From Anthoceros angustus (lineage: Eukaryota; Plantae; Anthocerotophyta), in the NCBI GenBank assembly GCA_010909165.1, contig VJWM01000019.1, forward strand, positions 1,178,001-1,242,000: a stretch of DNA of 64,000 nt, written 5' to 3'. Within the stretch, counting starts at the first letter, position 1, and every line of letters begins with the position of its first letter. The notes under the pieces are model-generated. The model saw nothing but the letters and a program-made list of their open reading frames with translations, was not told the origin of the DNA and did no database searches. Below are positions 12,480-25,508 of this stretch, in pieces. The position numbers were made by a program, and so were the translations under genes.

Positions 12480-15400
12480 AGATTCATCATCGTCGAACAA
12501 GAGGAAGTGAGGCCACGCCAGAGCCCATCGGAGAAGTCGAGGAGGCTGGAAGAAGCGGATGGTGGAAGTACTTTATCAAGTTCTTCTGTGTCTTGGGCGA
12601 TGTAATGACTTCAAGGAAGAAGACAAAGAAGAATCCGAGCCACTCAACAGAGGCGAAGATGCGGAAGATCAACAAGAAATCTTCCGGTTGGAGCATCTTC
12701 AAAGTGGCTCCAAATCGAGCATGAAGTTAGCCCTACAGATAAGTATGAGGGAGAAAGAGATGCAAGTCATTGATTCTTGGATCTATTCTATTGAGACTTA
12801 TCTTGCCTCATCGGTGTTGAGCAGTACTACTTAGGTATTGTTGGCAATTTCTTAAGGGCTATGCTTTGAGTGCAGTGGCGAGTTATGGTGCTAATGTTGC
12901 CCAGTAGCAGGCACATACCATCCAGGCATCCTTCAAAGAAGCCCTCAAGAAGCGGTTCCAACGTCAGATGCTTGGCGTCTAAGTAGAATAGCGACTTGAC
13001 AATATCAAACAAGCGGTGCTGTCATGCAGATTATGTAAGTACCTTGATGGTACATCATGCCTTTGCACTACCATGAGTGAAGATGACAAAGCGCATCGCT
13101 TCATGGTGGTTTGAAGGATTGGGCTGCTATGAGTTGGTTGCATAGTCCAACTACATTGGCGAGGCCATTCACAGATGCCATTCAGATACTTTTCATTCTA
13201 GTACATCCAACTCCTCCGAAGATTTCGAGCGGTACTTGTGGTGGTATGCCTAGACTAGAGGAAGCTCTAGTAGTGCCGGAGGAGGCTAAGGACAGCGGAA
13301 TGGAATTGCAGAGGCAATTCAGGGAAATTTCCATGAAGGAAATCGAGGCCTTGCGGAGCTCGGAGAGCAGATGGTATGGGTTCTCGAAAGGAGTATGCTA
13401 CTCATGTGGAGGCCGGGACATTATGCAAATGCGAATCTTTGAACAAACTCTCAGCGTAGCGAGAAAAAGATCCTGACCCAGGACTCGGGATTACGGAGTG
13501 GTGAATCAGGGATCCCAAATGTGGCCAGGATCGACCACATGCTTCGTGGACTACCGGACTTCACAGGGAGTTAGAAAGTGGGTAGGGTTTGTTTTTTTTT
13601 TGGGGGCGAAGGATAAAATGAGGCGAAAAAGGGAAATAAGCACAGTTAGCACTCGGGGAGCACTCGGAGTATACTCGGACTCGGAGTGAGGCGCACCTAG
13701 GCCTACGATGGCGGGACAAGGTAGCAGGATAAGTCCGGACCCACTCCGGGACCGAGGCGGGATAAATCGCGGTAACTTAGAAGTTGGGCGTAAGGGCCTG
13801 GCGGCGCCACGTGGGCGACCACAGTGGAGGGCGGGCATGCGGAGTCGGGGCCGTAACCTTGCAGGCGTTATAGTATTCGCGCCATGGCGGCGTAGGGAGC
13901 AGTGGCGGAGTTATGGTGCTAATGTTGCCCACGGTAATCGAGCACATACCATCAGAGACTGGGTGTCTTTCAAAGAAGCCCTCAAGAAGCAGTTCCAACG
14001 TGCGAATGCTTCACGTCTAAGTAGATAGCAGCTTGACAATATCAAACAAGCGGTGTATGCAAGATTATGTAAGTACCTTGATTGCATCATGCCTTTGCAC
14101 TACCATAAGTGAAGATGACAAACTGCATCACTTCATGGCTGGTTTGAAGGATTGAATTGCTAGCGAATTGGTTGCATAGTCCAACTACATTGGTAGAGGC
14201 CATCTGACGGTGCCATTCAGATACTTTTCATTCTAGTACATCCAACTCCTCGGAAGATTTCGACGTACTTGTGGTGGTATGCTAGACTAGAGGAAGCTCT
14301 AGTAGTGCGGCGGAGGCACTAAGGACAGCGGCGGAAATGGAATTGCAGAGGCAATTCAAGAGGAAATTTCAGCGGAAGAAATCGAGGCTTGAGGCAGCGG
14401 AGCTCGGAGAGCAGTCATTGGGTTCTCGAAAGGGTATGCTACTCATGTGAGGCCAAGGGACATTATGCAAATGAATGCCGAATCTTGAACAAACTCTCAG
14501 CGTAGCAGAAAAAGATCCTGACCCAGGAGCTGGGATTACGGAGTGGTGAATCAGGGATCCCAAGTGGCGGGATCGACCACATGTTCTTTGTGGACTACGG
14601 ACTCCACAGGGGTTAGAAATTAAGGTAGGGTTTGTTTTTTGTAGGAGGCGAAGGATAAAATGAGGCGAAAAAGGGAAATAAGCACGGTTAGCACTCGGAC
14701 GGCACTCGGAGTATACTCAGACTCGGAGTGAGGAGCATACCTAGGCCTACGATGGCGGGCGGCGAGTAGCAGGATAAGTCGGACCCACTCCGAGGACCCG
14801 GGATAAAATGCGCGAGTAACGTAAGGCGGACTAGCGGCGCGCGTGGGCGACCACAGTGGAGGAGGGCATCGTGGTCGACCGTAACCTTGCGAGGCCGTTA
14901 TAGCGGTATTCACGCCCCTTGCGGCGTGGCGTGCAGCGGCGGCGTAAGGCAGTGCAGCGGTAGGGCGAGTAAGCCATGCGGACCTCAGCGATTCTGACGA
15001 AGGCGCCCTCACTTACTCCGGCGTGGTCGCGGAGAAGGTCATTTCGTGCGACCTCGAGACAATTCGCGATCTCTTGCGCTCCATGATCCGGCTCTGGCGG
15101 TATCTCGTGGGACACTCGGGCGTCTTGGCGGCTCACCGTTGAGGTCGGGGCGTGACGGCGAGAAGCGCAGCGTGCCGGCGATCTCAAGCGGTTCCAACGA
15201 TGCGTAGTAGATAGCAGCTTGACAATATCAAACAAACAGGTATTGTACAAGATTATGTAAGTACCTTCAGTGAAGCTGTCATGCACTGCACTACCATAAG
15301 TGAAGATGACAAACTGCATCACTTCATGGCTGGTTTGAAGGATTGGACTGCTAACGGAATTGAGTTGCATAGTCCAACTACATTGGTAGAGGCCATCACA

Positions 15401-15778
15401 GCCACATATGCCATTCCAGATACTTTTCATTCTAGTACATCCAACTCCTCCAGAAGATTTCCAGGCAGTACTTGTGGTCGGTATGCCTAGACTAGAGGAA
15501 GCTCTAGTAGTCTTGTGAGAGGGGTACAGGACAGCGGAAATGGAATTGCAGAGATTCAAGAGGAAATTTCTCGCGGGTCAGTGCTTGAGAGGCAGCGGAG
15601 CTCGGAGAGCAGTCATTGGGTTCTCGAAAGGGTATACTACTCATGTGAGGCCAAGGGACATTATGCAAATGCCGAAGAATCTTGAACAAACTCTCAGCGT
15701 AGCAGAAAAAGATCCTGACCAGGAGCTGGGATTACGGAGTGGTGAATCAGGGATCCCAAGTGTGAGATCGACCACATG
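12480..15778 (+). pseudogene. gag: Chromovirus gag, frameshifted. Its 3' part occurs three times (~12885-13545, ~13900-14588, ~15190-15778), alternating with starts of the inserted LTR-derived element.
   Basis: Fragments IDSWIYSIETYL, WVSFKEALKKQF and EDDKLHHFMAGLK are typical of Ty3 capsid. A broken CCHC knuckle (CYSCG...H) lies near 13395, 14435 and 15635. Confidence 0.75.
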
Positions 15779-15782
15779 TTCG

Positions 15783-18700
15783 TGGACTACGGACTTCCAC
15801 AGGGGTTAGAAATTAGGTAGGGTTTGTTTTTTGGGGAGAAAGGATAAAATGAGGCGAAAAAGGGAAATAAGCACGGTTAGCACTCGGGACGGCACTCGGG
15901 TATACTCAGACTCGGAGTGAGGAGCGTACCTAGGCCTACGATGGCGAGCGAAGGTAGCAGGATAAGTCCGGACCCACTCCGGGACCCGAGGCGGGATAAA
16001 ATGCGCCCGGTAACTTAGAAGATGGGCGTAAGAGGCGGACTGGCGCCACGTGGGCGACCACGAGTGGAGGGCGGGCATGCGTGAGTCGGGGCGTAACCTT
16101 GCCGAGGCCGTTATGCGGTATTCACGCCGCGCTGGCGTGGCCGGCGGAGCAATGCAGCGGCGTAAGGCGGTCTGGCAGCGGTAGGGGCGGCGAGACCTCA
16201 TTCACAGACGAGGGCCCCTCCAGTTACTCCGGCGTGGTCGCGGAGAAGGTCATTTCATTGCGGCCTAAAGATCTCTTGCGCTCGCGATCCGGCTCTCTGG
16301 CGGTATCTTGTGGGACACTCGAGCGTCTTGTGCGCGGCTCACCGTTGGTCGGGGCGGCGAGCAGCGGCGGGCGCAACGTGCGGCGGTCTCAAGCGGCTAC
16401 GGGAGGAGAAGGCGTGGCACCCAAAAAGCCAGCGGAAGTTTGGGAGCCATGGAACCTTGTGGGCGCAACATTGTGACCGCTACTCCGGACTTTGGGCTCT
16501 GGCTCCGAGGCGGGAGGTGGTGCGGGAGTGGCATTTGGATGTGTTCCGGATAGTGCGGACATTTGATAGTGTCACTCTGGTCAGGAGTTGCAGGAAGATC
16601 TTGGCGGTCAATAAGGAGGTGCGGTCAAGAACCTCGGGAGGACCAAGGCGATGGACCTTGGAGGTCTGAGGCGACCTAGCCCAAGGAGGAAGAGGGGGTG
16701 GTGCGGGCCCCTCAAGGCGAAGGGAAGATAGGGCCCGACCACGGCGATGCTAAGGCACAGGGCATAGCGGACCTGTGTTGGGTGATATCAAACTGTTGGA
16801 CGGTCGAGTGAGGCGGTGGCGGATCATTGTCCTTTGGAACCTACTCACCAAGGTGGATCACCTTGGTGATAATCTATTAGTGTTCTGCCTTGTGCGGCCA
16901 GGGAAGAAGGCGGGAGGAAGGATTATCTTCGCCGGTTTAGCGAGGCTCATAGCTCGGGGCCAGAAGCCTTGCCATGCATCCCCATACACGATCCATGTAT
17001 GGGGGCATTTGAACTCCTCGGAAGGAGAGCTTGCGGCGCTCGGAAAGGGCTGGAGGCCTGAAGTGGAGGCGGGCAGGCCGGAGGAGGCCGGGTCGAAAAC
17101 CAAGCGGACTCGGGAGGAGGGGGCGGGAGGATTCGGACTCCATACGTGCAGAGCGGACCCCTCACCACCCAGTATGGGAAGAAATTCCCGCCTCCCTCCT
17201 CGGTGCCCCAGGCGGATCCAGCGGCGAGCGGCCCCAGCCCGCCCCGGCCATCACTCCCGGTGAGGCCCCGGACGAGGAGAGCCGAAGAGGCCAAGACCAC
17301 GGCTGTGCGGCACCCGGTCGGTGCAGTACCTCTTCCCAGGTGGCAAGCGGAGGAAGCGATGGGAGGCGAAGGGCCGCGAGGCGGAGGACAGGCGGCGGCA
17401 TCGAGCCGGTCCTGTCGCGCGAGAAGGGGCAAAAGGCGTGCTCCGGACTCCATCACCTCCATGAGCCCGGGAGAAGAGGCGGAGAAGGGCTCGACCAAAG
17501 GGCCAAGGAGGAAGCTCGGGACCACACCACTCGGGACCTAAGGGTCTGATTGGGTCGGAGAACCCGGTCAGGACTTGCTCGGGACTGCAGTATGGAGGTC
17601 CTTGACGGACCGTGAGATGCTCCACTCACGGACTTTGTGGGGTCACGGCGGTGTGGAAGAAACACAGTGCTTGCTACCGTCATGGGCGGTATGCTGCAGG
17701 GACTACTGTGGGATGGAGAAAACCCGAGGTGGAGGCCACCCGGAGGCGATGGTGGAGCTTGAGGAGGCCGGGAAGCCTGAAGGAGGCGAAACCTCGGCTC
17801 GGATTGAGGAAGGAAGCGGGAGGCGGAGAGGAAGTCGGGTCCATCAGGGGACCGGACTAAATTTGGAGCGGTGAGGCAGCTCGAGGAGGCCCAGCGGGTG
17901 AGGACCTCTGCGGCGGAGAGGAAGGCGGAAGAGGCGGAAGAGGCAGCGCGGCTCGGGACTGGCGGCGGCAGAGAGTGGAGCCATGGAGCTCGGGACCACA
18001 CCACTGGGACCTAAGGGTCTGATTGGGTCGGAGAACCCGGTCGGACTTGCTCCGGTGCGGTATGGAGGTCCATGACCGTGAGATGCCGCTCACTCGGACT
18101 TTGTGGGCCTCACGGCGGCCGTGGAAGAAACACAGCGTCTTGCTACCGTCATGGACGGTATGCTCTGGGACTCTGTGGGGCGAGAGAAAACCCGAGGTGG
18201 AGCCACCCGGCGATGGTGGAGCTTGAGGCAGAGGCGGGAGGCGCGAGGAAGGAGGCGGCTCGGATTGAGGAAGAAGCGGGAGGCGGAGAGGAAGTCGGGT
18301 CCATCGCAGGGGACCGGACTCCTTGGAGGAGGCAGTGAGCGCTCGGGAGGCCCAGCGGGCGGAGGACCTCTGCGGACGGAGGCGAAGGCGGAAGGCCGGC
18401 CAGCGAGCTCGGGATCTGGGAGGCGGCGGCCAGACGAGCCAAGGAGGCTCGGTGAAGGTGGCCGAGGCGGAAGCCTCGGCAAGGCCGATGATCACTCGGC
18501 GTGATCGGGCCGGTGGAGGAGGCGTGAGGGCCAACACAATGGGCGGAGCAAGCGGTCGGCCGTGAGGAAGCCTGGAGGCCGGCACGGGAGATTGGGGACC
18601 TCGAGTGCAGTGCGGGAGGTAGAAGAGGCGGCTGGAGGGGCAACAAGACACCTTGGGTTGCAACTCCAAGATGCATCGGCGGGGGTTCTCAGCGAGAGAA

Positions 18701-21700
18701 TCAAGACTTGACGAGAGGTAGAAACGCCTCCAGCTCGCTTGAAACGGAGGAGAATAGGCGGCAGTGCGAGGAGTTCGGCGTCGCAAGGTTGCGGCGGGAT
18801 GTGGAGGAAGCCGAGAGTCGGGACGGGGATCTGGCCCGGAGAAGAGTGGCGGACCTCAGGAAAGAATAGGCGGAGGAAGAAAGCCTTTGGAGGAGAGGCT
18901 ACATTGCTCGTCCGGTTGCGAGGCGAAGGGAGCTCGGCTCCATGGCCCATAAGCGGGCTGGAACAACGGCAGGAGGAGGAGGCGTCGGCGGCGAAGGTTG
19001 CAAAGGTAGCAGGCCTTGGCCTCAAAGTCCGCCCGCCTACGGTGTAAGCTTGGCCCGCGGAGGCAGGCCCGGTGACGCTCGATTCTTGGGAGCACCTCTG
19101 GAGGAGAAGTCTGGGTGCTCGGGCTCATGTAGAGGCGATTGACAAGTCGATTCCGACTTCGCCTACGAGCTCCTCAAGGCTCTGGAGGTCCTGCGCCACC
19201 CTAGGCGGGAGGTGGACTTCGAAGGATGGAAGGAGGAGGCGAGAGGGCGGACCGGGGACAGGACAGGAGTCCTAGGGCTGTTGTTTGATGTGGCCGGCGA
19301 GGGAGCGGAGGAGGCCGGGAGGAAGAGGTCGCCTACCGGAGGTAAGCACTCGGCACCCTCGCATGGAAGGAAGAGGAGGATCTTGGAGAGGAAGGAAAGG
19401 GTGCAGCGGGCATTCGGGAACCAAGGGAGGCTCGATGGATGAACGTGACCAGCCGGTGAGAGGCATGCCGAGGGAGCACAGTGGGACTTTGTCCGGACTC
19501 ACGAGGCGGATCAGTCCGGCCCAGAAGTCTGGACTTAGGGATCGGACTCTAGTAGTCCGGACCACAGTCCGGACCCGAGGAAGGTTGGGTCAGGCCGGAC
19601 CCAGGCAAATCCAGGACCAGGGGCGGACTCCGGAAAAGAGGGTCGAGGCCGGACCCGGAGAAGAAGCCGGACTGAGGTCGGGACTCCCGATCGAGACGAG
19701 GATCTGAGGGTCCAGAGCTCAAGAGTGGGGAGAGAGGGAGGGCGAGGATGGTGGCTCTCCCCCACTCCCGAGTTTGGACCTCAGTTTGGACCTCGGGAAC
19801 CTGTCTCGACTCGGTCAGGACCTCTAGGTCGGTCTTCCCTCTGAGGTCGGTCTCCTGGACCGGCCTTCTTTCGGGTCAGGTCCTCGGGGTGGGACTTGCC
19901 TCAGGGTCCGGTCTTGGACTAACCCTTCCACAGGTCGGGACCTCGAGGTCGGATCGTCACTGAGTCGGATCCCTAAGTCGGACTTCCTTGAGGGACCTCG
20001 GGATCGGCCTTTCCTCAGTCGGACAAAGTCAGGACCTCGACTCTGCCTCCTCACGGGCTGGTCACGGGTTCATCTCTGAGCCCTCCCTTGGTTCCCAGAA
20101 TGCGGTTGCGCCCTTCCTCTCAAGATCCTCCCTCTTCCTTCCATGCGGGGTCTGAGTGCTTACCTCGGTGTGGCTCCTCCTCCGGCTCCTCCCATTTGCT
20201 CTCCCTCGCCCTGCTGCTGCCGTCATCAAGCAGTAGCTCCTAGGACTCCGTGGTCTTTCCCGGGTCCGTCCTCTCTCGCTCCTCCTTCCATCCTTTGAGT
20301 CCACCCTCCACTGGGGTGGCGGACCTCGAGCCTTGAGGAGCTCTGCGTGGTAGTAGGCGAGTCGGAATCGACTTCTTTGAATCGCCTCCTCTACATGAGC
20401 CGGGCACCGTACTCCCTCCTCGGAGGTGCTCACGGCAGGCGGATCGCCCGGCCTGTGGCGTCTCCGTGGCCAAGCTTACGGTATGGTAGGCGGACTCCCT
20501 TGAGGCCGTCAAGGCTGCCTCAGATTACCTCTTGCAACCTTCACTGCTCGGCGTTCTCCTCCTCCGTCGTTGTTCGCTCACTTGATTCTTGGGCCATGGG
20601 TGAGCTCCCTTCCTGGCCGGACGAGCAATGTAGCCTCTCCTCGATGCTTTCTTCCAAGATCAGTCTCGGGGGGGCGTATCCCGTCCAGCTCACATCCGTA
20701 CCTTGGGCGTCCGTGGCTCGCTGCAGCCTCCTCAGTGGTTCAGCGGGTACGGGCGTTCTACCTCTCGCTCGAAGTCTTGGATTCTCGTTGAGAACCCCTG
20801 CTCCGTGCATCTTGGGTTGCAACTCCAAAGTGTCCTTCTTGTCCTCCGGCTCCTGCCGCCCTTCTCCTGCAGTGCACCACAGGTCCCAATCTCCCGGGTC
20901 TTGGCCTCGATGCCTCCTCACGGCTCGGCCAGGTGCTTGCTCCTTCTTGCTCGGCCTTGGGTTGGCGCGGCTACCTCGGACTCCCTCCAGGTTCCGATCA
21001 GCCGATAGTGATCGCGGTCGATCGCCAGCCTTCACTTCCACAGCCTTCACTGAGCTTCTCGACAGCTCTGGTCTCGTCGGCCTCCGCATCCGGCTACTGC
21101 GCTCGGGCCTCTTAGCCTCTGCTTCCCTCTCGCTGCGGAGGTCCTCGCGCTTGGGCCTCCAGGCCGCCGGTATTCCTCGGTGAAGGAAGTTTAATCCGGT
21201 CCTGGACGGACTTCCCTCTCGCCTTCGGCGTTTCCCTTCCTATCCGAGGTTTGGCCTCCTTCCCGCTCTGGGCTCGCTTTTACAGCCTGGAAGTACCATC
21301 CTCGCTGGTATCCCTCAGGTTTCTCTGCGGTCCACAGGTCCCAGGCATTCCGTCCATGGCGGTAGGCGTGTTTCTTCACGGCCTGAGTGAGACCCTAAAA
21401 AGTCCGTGGTGGGTGGGCATCTCAGTCCGTCAAGGACCTCCATCATGATCCGGAGCAAGTCGGGGTTCTCAGTCGGGACCCTTAGGTCACAGTGGTGTCG
21501 AGCTCCACCCCTTGGCCCTTTTGGCGCGAGCTCCTTCTCGCCCTCTTTCTCACAGGGCTCGGAGGTGATGGAGTCAGGGAGCCGCCCTTTGCCCCTTCAC
21601 GGCGGCAGGACGGCTCTGGATCTGGCTGCCGGTGTCCTCCTGCTCCACTGGCGCTACCTCCTGCCCTCCTTCTTGCCACTCGTCGGCGGGGGAGAATCTT

Positions 21701-23133
21701 GCGGGGTGCAGCGTTGTGCCGTGGTCTTGCGTCTCTTGACTCTCTCACAGTCGTGAGGGCTCCTCGTAGGAGTGATGGCGGATCGTGAGCTTGGGGTCAG
21801 GCACTTCTGTGTTTGCTGGTTGGGGCACGGAAGGAGGAGGCGGGGAATTTCTTCCCCATACTTCCACAGGTGGTGAGGGGTCCGTTCGAATGGAGTCAAT
21901 CCTCGGTCGTCCTCCTCCGTCGTTTGGCTTTCGGCCGGCCGGCCTCCTCCTCCGCCCGCTCCACTTCGGCGGGGCCTCGGTCCTTCGGGCGCTCGCTCAG
22001 CTCTCCTTCCTTGAGAGCTCGAAATGCCCCATACATGGATCGGTATGGGGCGGCCCAGATGGCGAAGGCTTCTCGGTCTTGCGAGCCTCACAGCTAAGCC
22101 AGGGGCGAAATCCTTCCCGGTCAGCCCTCTTCCCCATTGCGGCGTGCGGGAATACCAATAGATTATCACCAAGGTGATCCACCTTGGTGAGTAGGATCGA
22201 TGGACAATGATCCGGGCCGCCCTTACTCGGCCATCCAGGTGGGATGTCGATACCGTTGGTGGTCCGTTGCGTCGAGCCTTAGCATCGGCTGCTGGTGGCC
22301 CTATCTTCCCCTTCGCCTTGAGGGCTCGGCACCCCCCTCTTCCTCCTTGGGGGCGGTTGTAGGCGCCTCGGGACCTCAAGGTCCATCGCCTTGGGTCCTC
22401 CGGAGGTTCTTGGACCGCACCTCTTTATTGACCGCCCTTGACATCTTCGGGCAAACTCCGGACAGTGGCATCAAATGTCGAGACCATCGGAACATCAAAT
22501 GCCACTCCACGCACCAATTCTCCCTTCACGGGCGAGCCCAAAGTCGGATAGCGCGGGTCACAATGTTGCGCTCCACAGGTTCCATGGCTCCCAAACTTAG
22601 CGGGCTTTTGGGTGCCATCGCCTTCTCCTCCCTTGGTTCTTTGTGTAGCCGAGGCTAGTGCGCCTTCTTGCGCGCTTCAGGCCTCAGCGGTGAGCAGGCG
22701 TCTGGTGTCCCACAGATACCGAGAGCCGGCGGTGCCGGGCCCGAGGATCGCGAGATCTCGAGGCTCGTGAGGCAGCCTTCTCCTGCGACCACGCCTTGAG
22801 AATGCCTTGGGCGGGCGCCTCTTCCACGGCGTAAAAGCGCAGTGCATGGCCTGCACAACAGATGCGATCTTGTTCCCGTAATGCTAAAACCGCCGGTGGG
22901 CGTCGCTGAGTGGGTCGCCTGACCGCTGAGATGCACGGCGTACATCTGCACAGGTGCGAGTGGTCGGGCCACCGCCAGCTATCGTGGGCAGGCTGGATTC
23001 CTCACTCCGAGGTCGGGGATGTCTCGGTGGGTATCACGGTGCCGATAGCACCCCGCTATTTTCGCCGTTCATTTTATCGCCTTGCTCAAAAACAAGGCCC
23101 TACCTAATTTCTAACCCCAGTCCGTGAATCCGA
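15783..23133. mobile_element. ~7.35-kb palindromic (fold-back) insertion: two inverted, outward-facing copies of the first ~3.4 kb of an Athila-like LTR relative
   Basis: 15783-19734 is the reverse complement of 19755-23133 (for example 16840-16885 vs 22150-22195, and 19420-19465 vs 20040-20095), with a ~20-nt loop at 19735-19754. The outer ends resemble the Athila-like LTR start. Host gag precedes it and host protease follows it in the same orientation. Confidence 0.8.
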
Positions 23134-23139
23134 TTCGCG

Positions 23140-25508
23140 AGCTGCGTGGTGTGAGGTCTCTCCAGAGCTGCTGAGGGCGGCACTATTCGAGAAGGCGGGT
23201 GGAGAGCTCATGTACATACATGGATATAAATGGAGGCGAGGATGTTGCTTGACTTAGCGACACATAATTTCATTTCTCCTAGCAAGGCAAGCAAGCTTGG
23301 TTTGACATGGGCTAGTACATCGAGCCATGTAGAGTGAAACAAGCTAAAGGAATCTTTGCAACACAAAGGTGAATTGCAAGAAGTGCCGTTGCGAGATAGG
23401 GAATTGGAATGGGCGATGAGCTTCACGTTGTAGATATGGATGATCATGAAATCATCTTGGGCTTAGAATGGATGAAGGCCAACAAGGTATGTGTGACGTG
23501 GACTCACGCACCATACAGATCTTAGGAGATGAAGAGCACAAAGTGAGTTGTGCGGTTCTCAAGCGAGGCTTGGAGACAACATTGATGATATCATCTCTAA
23601 GAAAAAGCTCAAATGTTGTGTAAAGGATGGAGAGGAACTCTTTTACTTGTCTGCAAGGACTAGAAGATGGTCTTGAGATGGAGTCTCGGAGCCAAGATTC
23701 AAAGGAAGTGCATGTCTTGAATGAGTTCAAGGACTTGATGCACGATGAGTTGCCTCCTTTACCTCCTAGAAGAATTGTAGATCATGAGATTGATCTCAAG
23801 CCGGAAGTACACCGCCTTCAAGAGCCATATAGATTATCGCGGGATGAGCTACAAGAGCAAGAGACGGATCTAACTAGCCAAGGGCTATGTGAGAATCTCA
23901 AAGTCCCCATTTGGTGCTGTTGTTCACGCAAGAAGAATGGAGGATTGAGATTATGCTTGGATTAGCACTCAATCGGATATGATGAAGAATTCTTATCCTT
24001 TGCCAAGGATGGATGACTTGTTTGTGATTGAGAGGTGCTAAGTATTTCACCAAAATTTGGATCTAATGAGCTATTACAGTTCGCATGAAGGACATGAATA
24101 CAAGGCGCTTGTAGAACAAGGTATGGATCTTTTGAGTTCCTTGTCACGCCATTTAGACTCACTAATGCACCAGCCTAGTTTCACACTCTTATGAATACTA
24201 TATTCAGAGATCTGATGGATGAGTGTGTTGTGATCTACTTGGATGACATTATGGTATACAATTCTACCTTGGAAGAGCATGTCCAACACTTGAGGAAAGT
24301 GTTAGAAAGGTTAAGAGCAAATTCTTTGTTCTTAGCTATAAGGAAGAGATAGAATTCATAGGATTCATTGTCTTTGCGGATGATATCAGGATGGATCCTG
24401 ATAAGGTAAAACCATCTGAGTTGGCTGCCAGAATGTGCACGTGCGTATGTTTTGGGATTGGCTAGCGTGTGCGGATTTGTACGATGTTTGCCAAGATTGC
24501 GCCCCATTAATGATCTCTTGAAGAAGGCGAAGGCTTGGAAGTGGGATGATGAATGTCGGAGGGCATTCGAGTTTACGAAGTTGAAACTCGGCACTACTGA
24601 TATTGGCAATCTATGATCCAAGAAGGATATAGAAGTATATCACGTCGTCGAGATATTGCAATTGGCGGAGTGCTCATGCAAGAAGGTAGGCGGCTTACGA
24701 ATCAAGGAATGCATGAACATGAAAGGAAGTACCCACTTATGAAAAGGAGATGACTCATCAATCAATTGTCTCAGATTTGGAGACATTATCTTCTAGGAAG
24801 ATCTTTTGTCTTTGTACCACAGACAATGTAATACGAGCTTCTTTACAAATCAGCTGCGACTAAGCACAAGACAGGCTAGATGGCAAGATTTCCTGGCAAT
24901 GTATAATGTGTCTATCAAGTACAAGCCAGGGAAGGAGAATCTCGTGGTAGATGCTTTGAGTCATAGCGAGTTTAAGTTTGATAAGCGCTTTTCTGTTGAA
25001 GAGGCCTAAGCTAGGCGCAACACGGATGGTGATTGAGCCAAGGGACACTCGCATGATCAGGAAGCTTATCTGAGGATCCATTAGTCTGGTAAGATCGAAT
25101 CATTAGAATTTTTCCCACTACCACAAGGGCTGACCTCAAAGTTAAGGCATAAGTGTGGGAATAGACCTCGTTAGTTACAAGCGCATTGGAAATGTGGCTT
25201 CCACGAACTACAGCCGCTCTGAATGGATCTTCTCTCATAATGTGTTTCATATCTCTTTGCTGAAACCATTTGTGATTTCGAAAGAGAATGAAGATATGAC
25301 TAGGAAGGATTATGTCATCCTGGTTCAACACAAAAAAATTCTGCGGGAGATTGTTGAATTCCTGGCAGAGAGAGAAGCGCCTGCTGTCCGTGGTAATATA
25401 CCAGAGTATCTGGTAAAGCTTCGTGGTTATGCAGATCCTGTCTGGGTTTCACTTGAAGATGTGCAACAAGGATCATGGATGATCTCACATTACACTGGAG
25501 GTCATTGA
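23140..25508 (+). pseudogene. pol: Chromovirus pol (protease, RT, RNase H, GPY/F, chromodomain), frameshifted; integrase core not found
   Basis: Protease-like MLLD..ATHNFIS (~23245). RT: [50 protein letters not shown] (~24230). RNase H: RQARWQDFL...KYKPGKENLVVDALS. Then HNVFHISLLKPF and the chromodomain EYLVKLRGYADPVWVSLEDV. Confidence 0.9.

Noticed and set aside
15783-23133. DIRS-type (tyrosine recombinase) retroelement or classical TIR DNA transposon as the explanation for the inverted repeats
   Set aside because: No RT, recombinase or transposase lies between the arms (loop ~20 nt), and the arms are homologous to a PBS/PPT-defined LTR.
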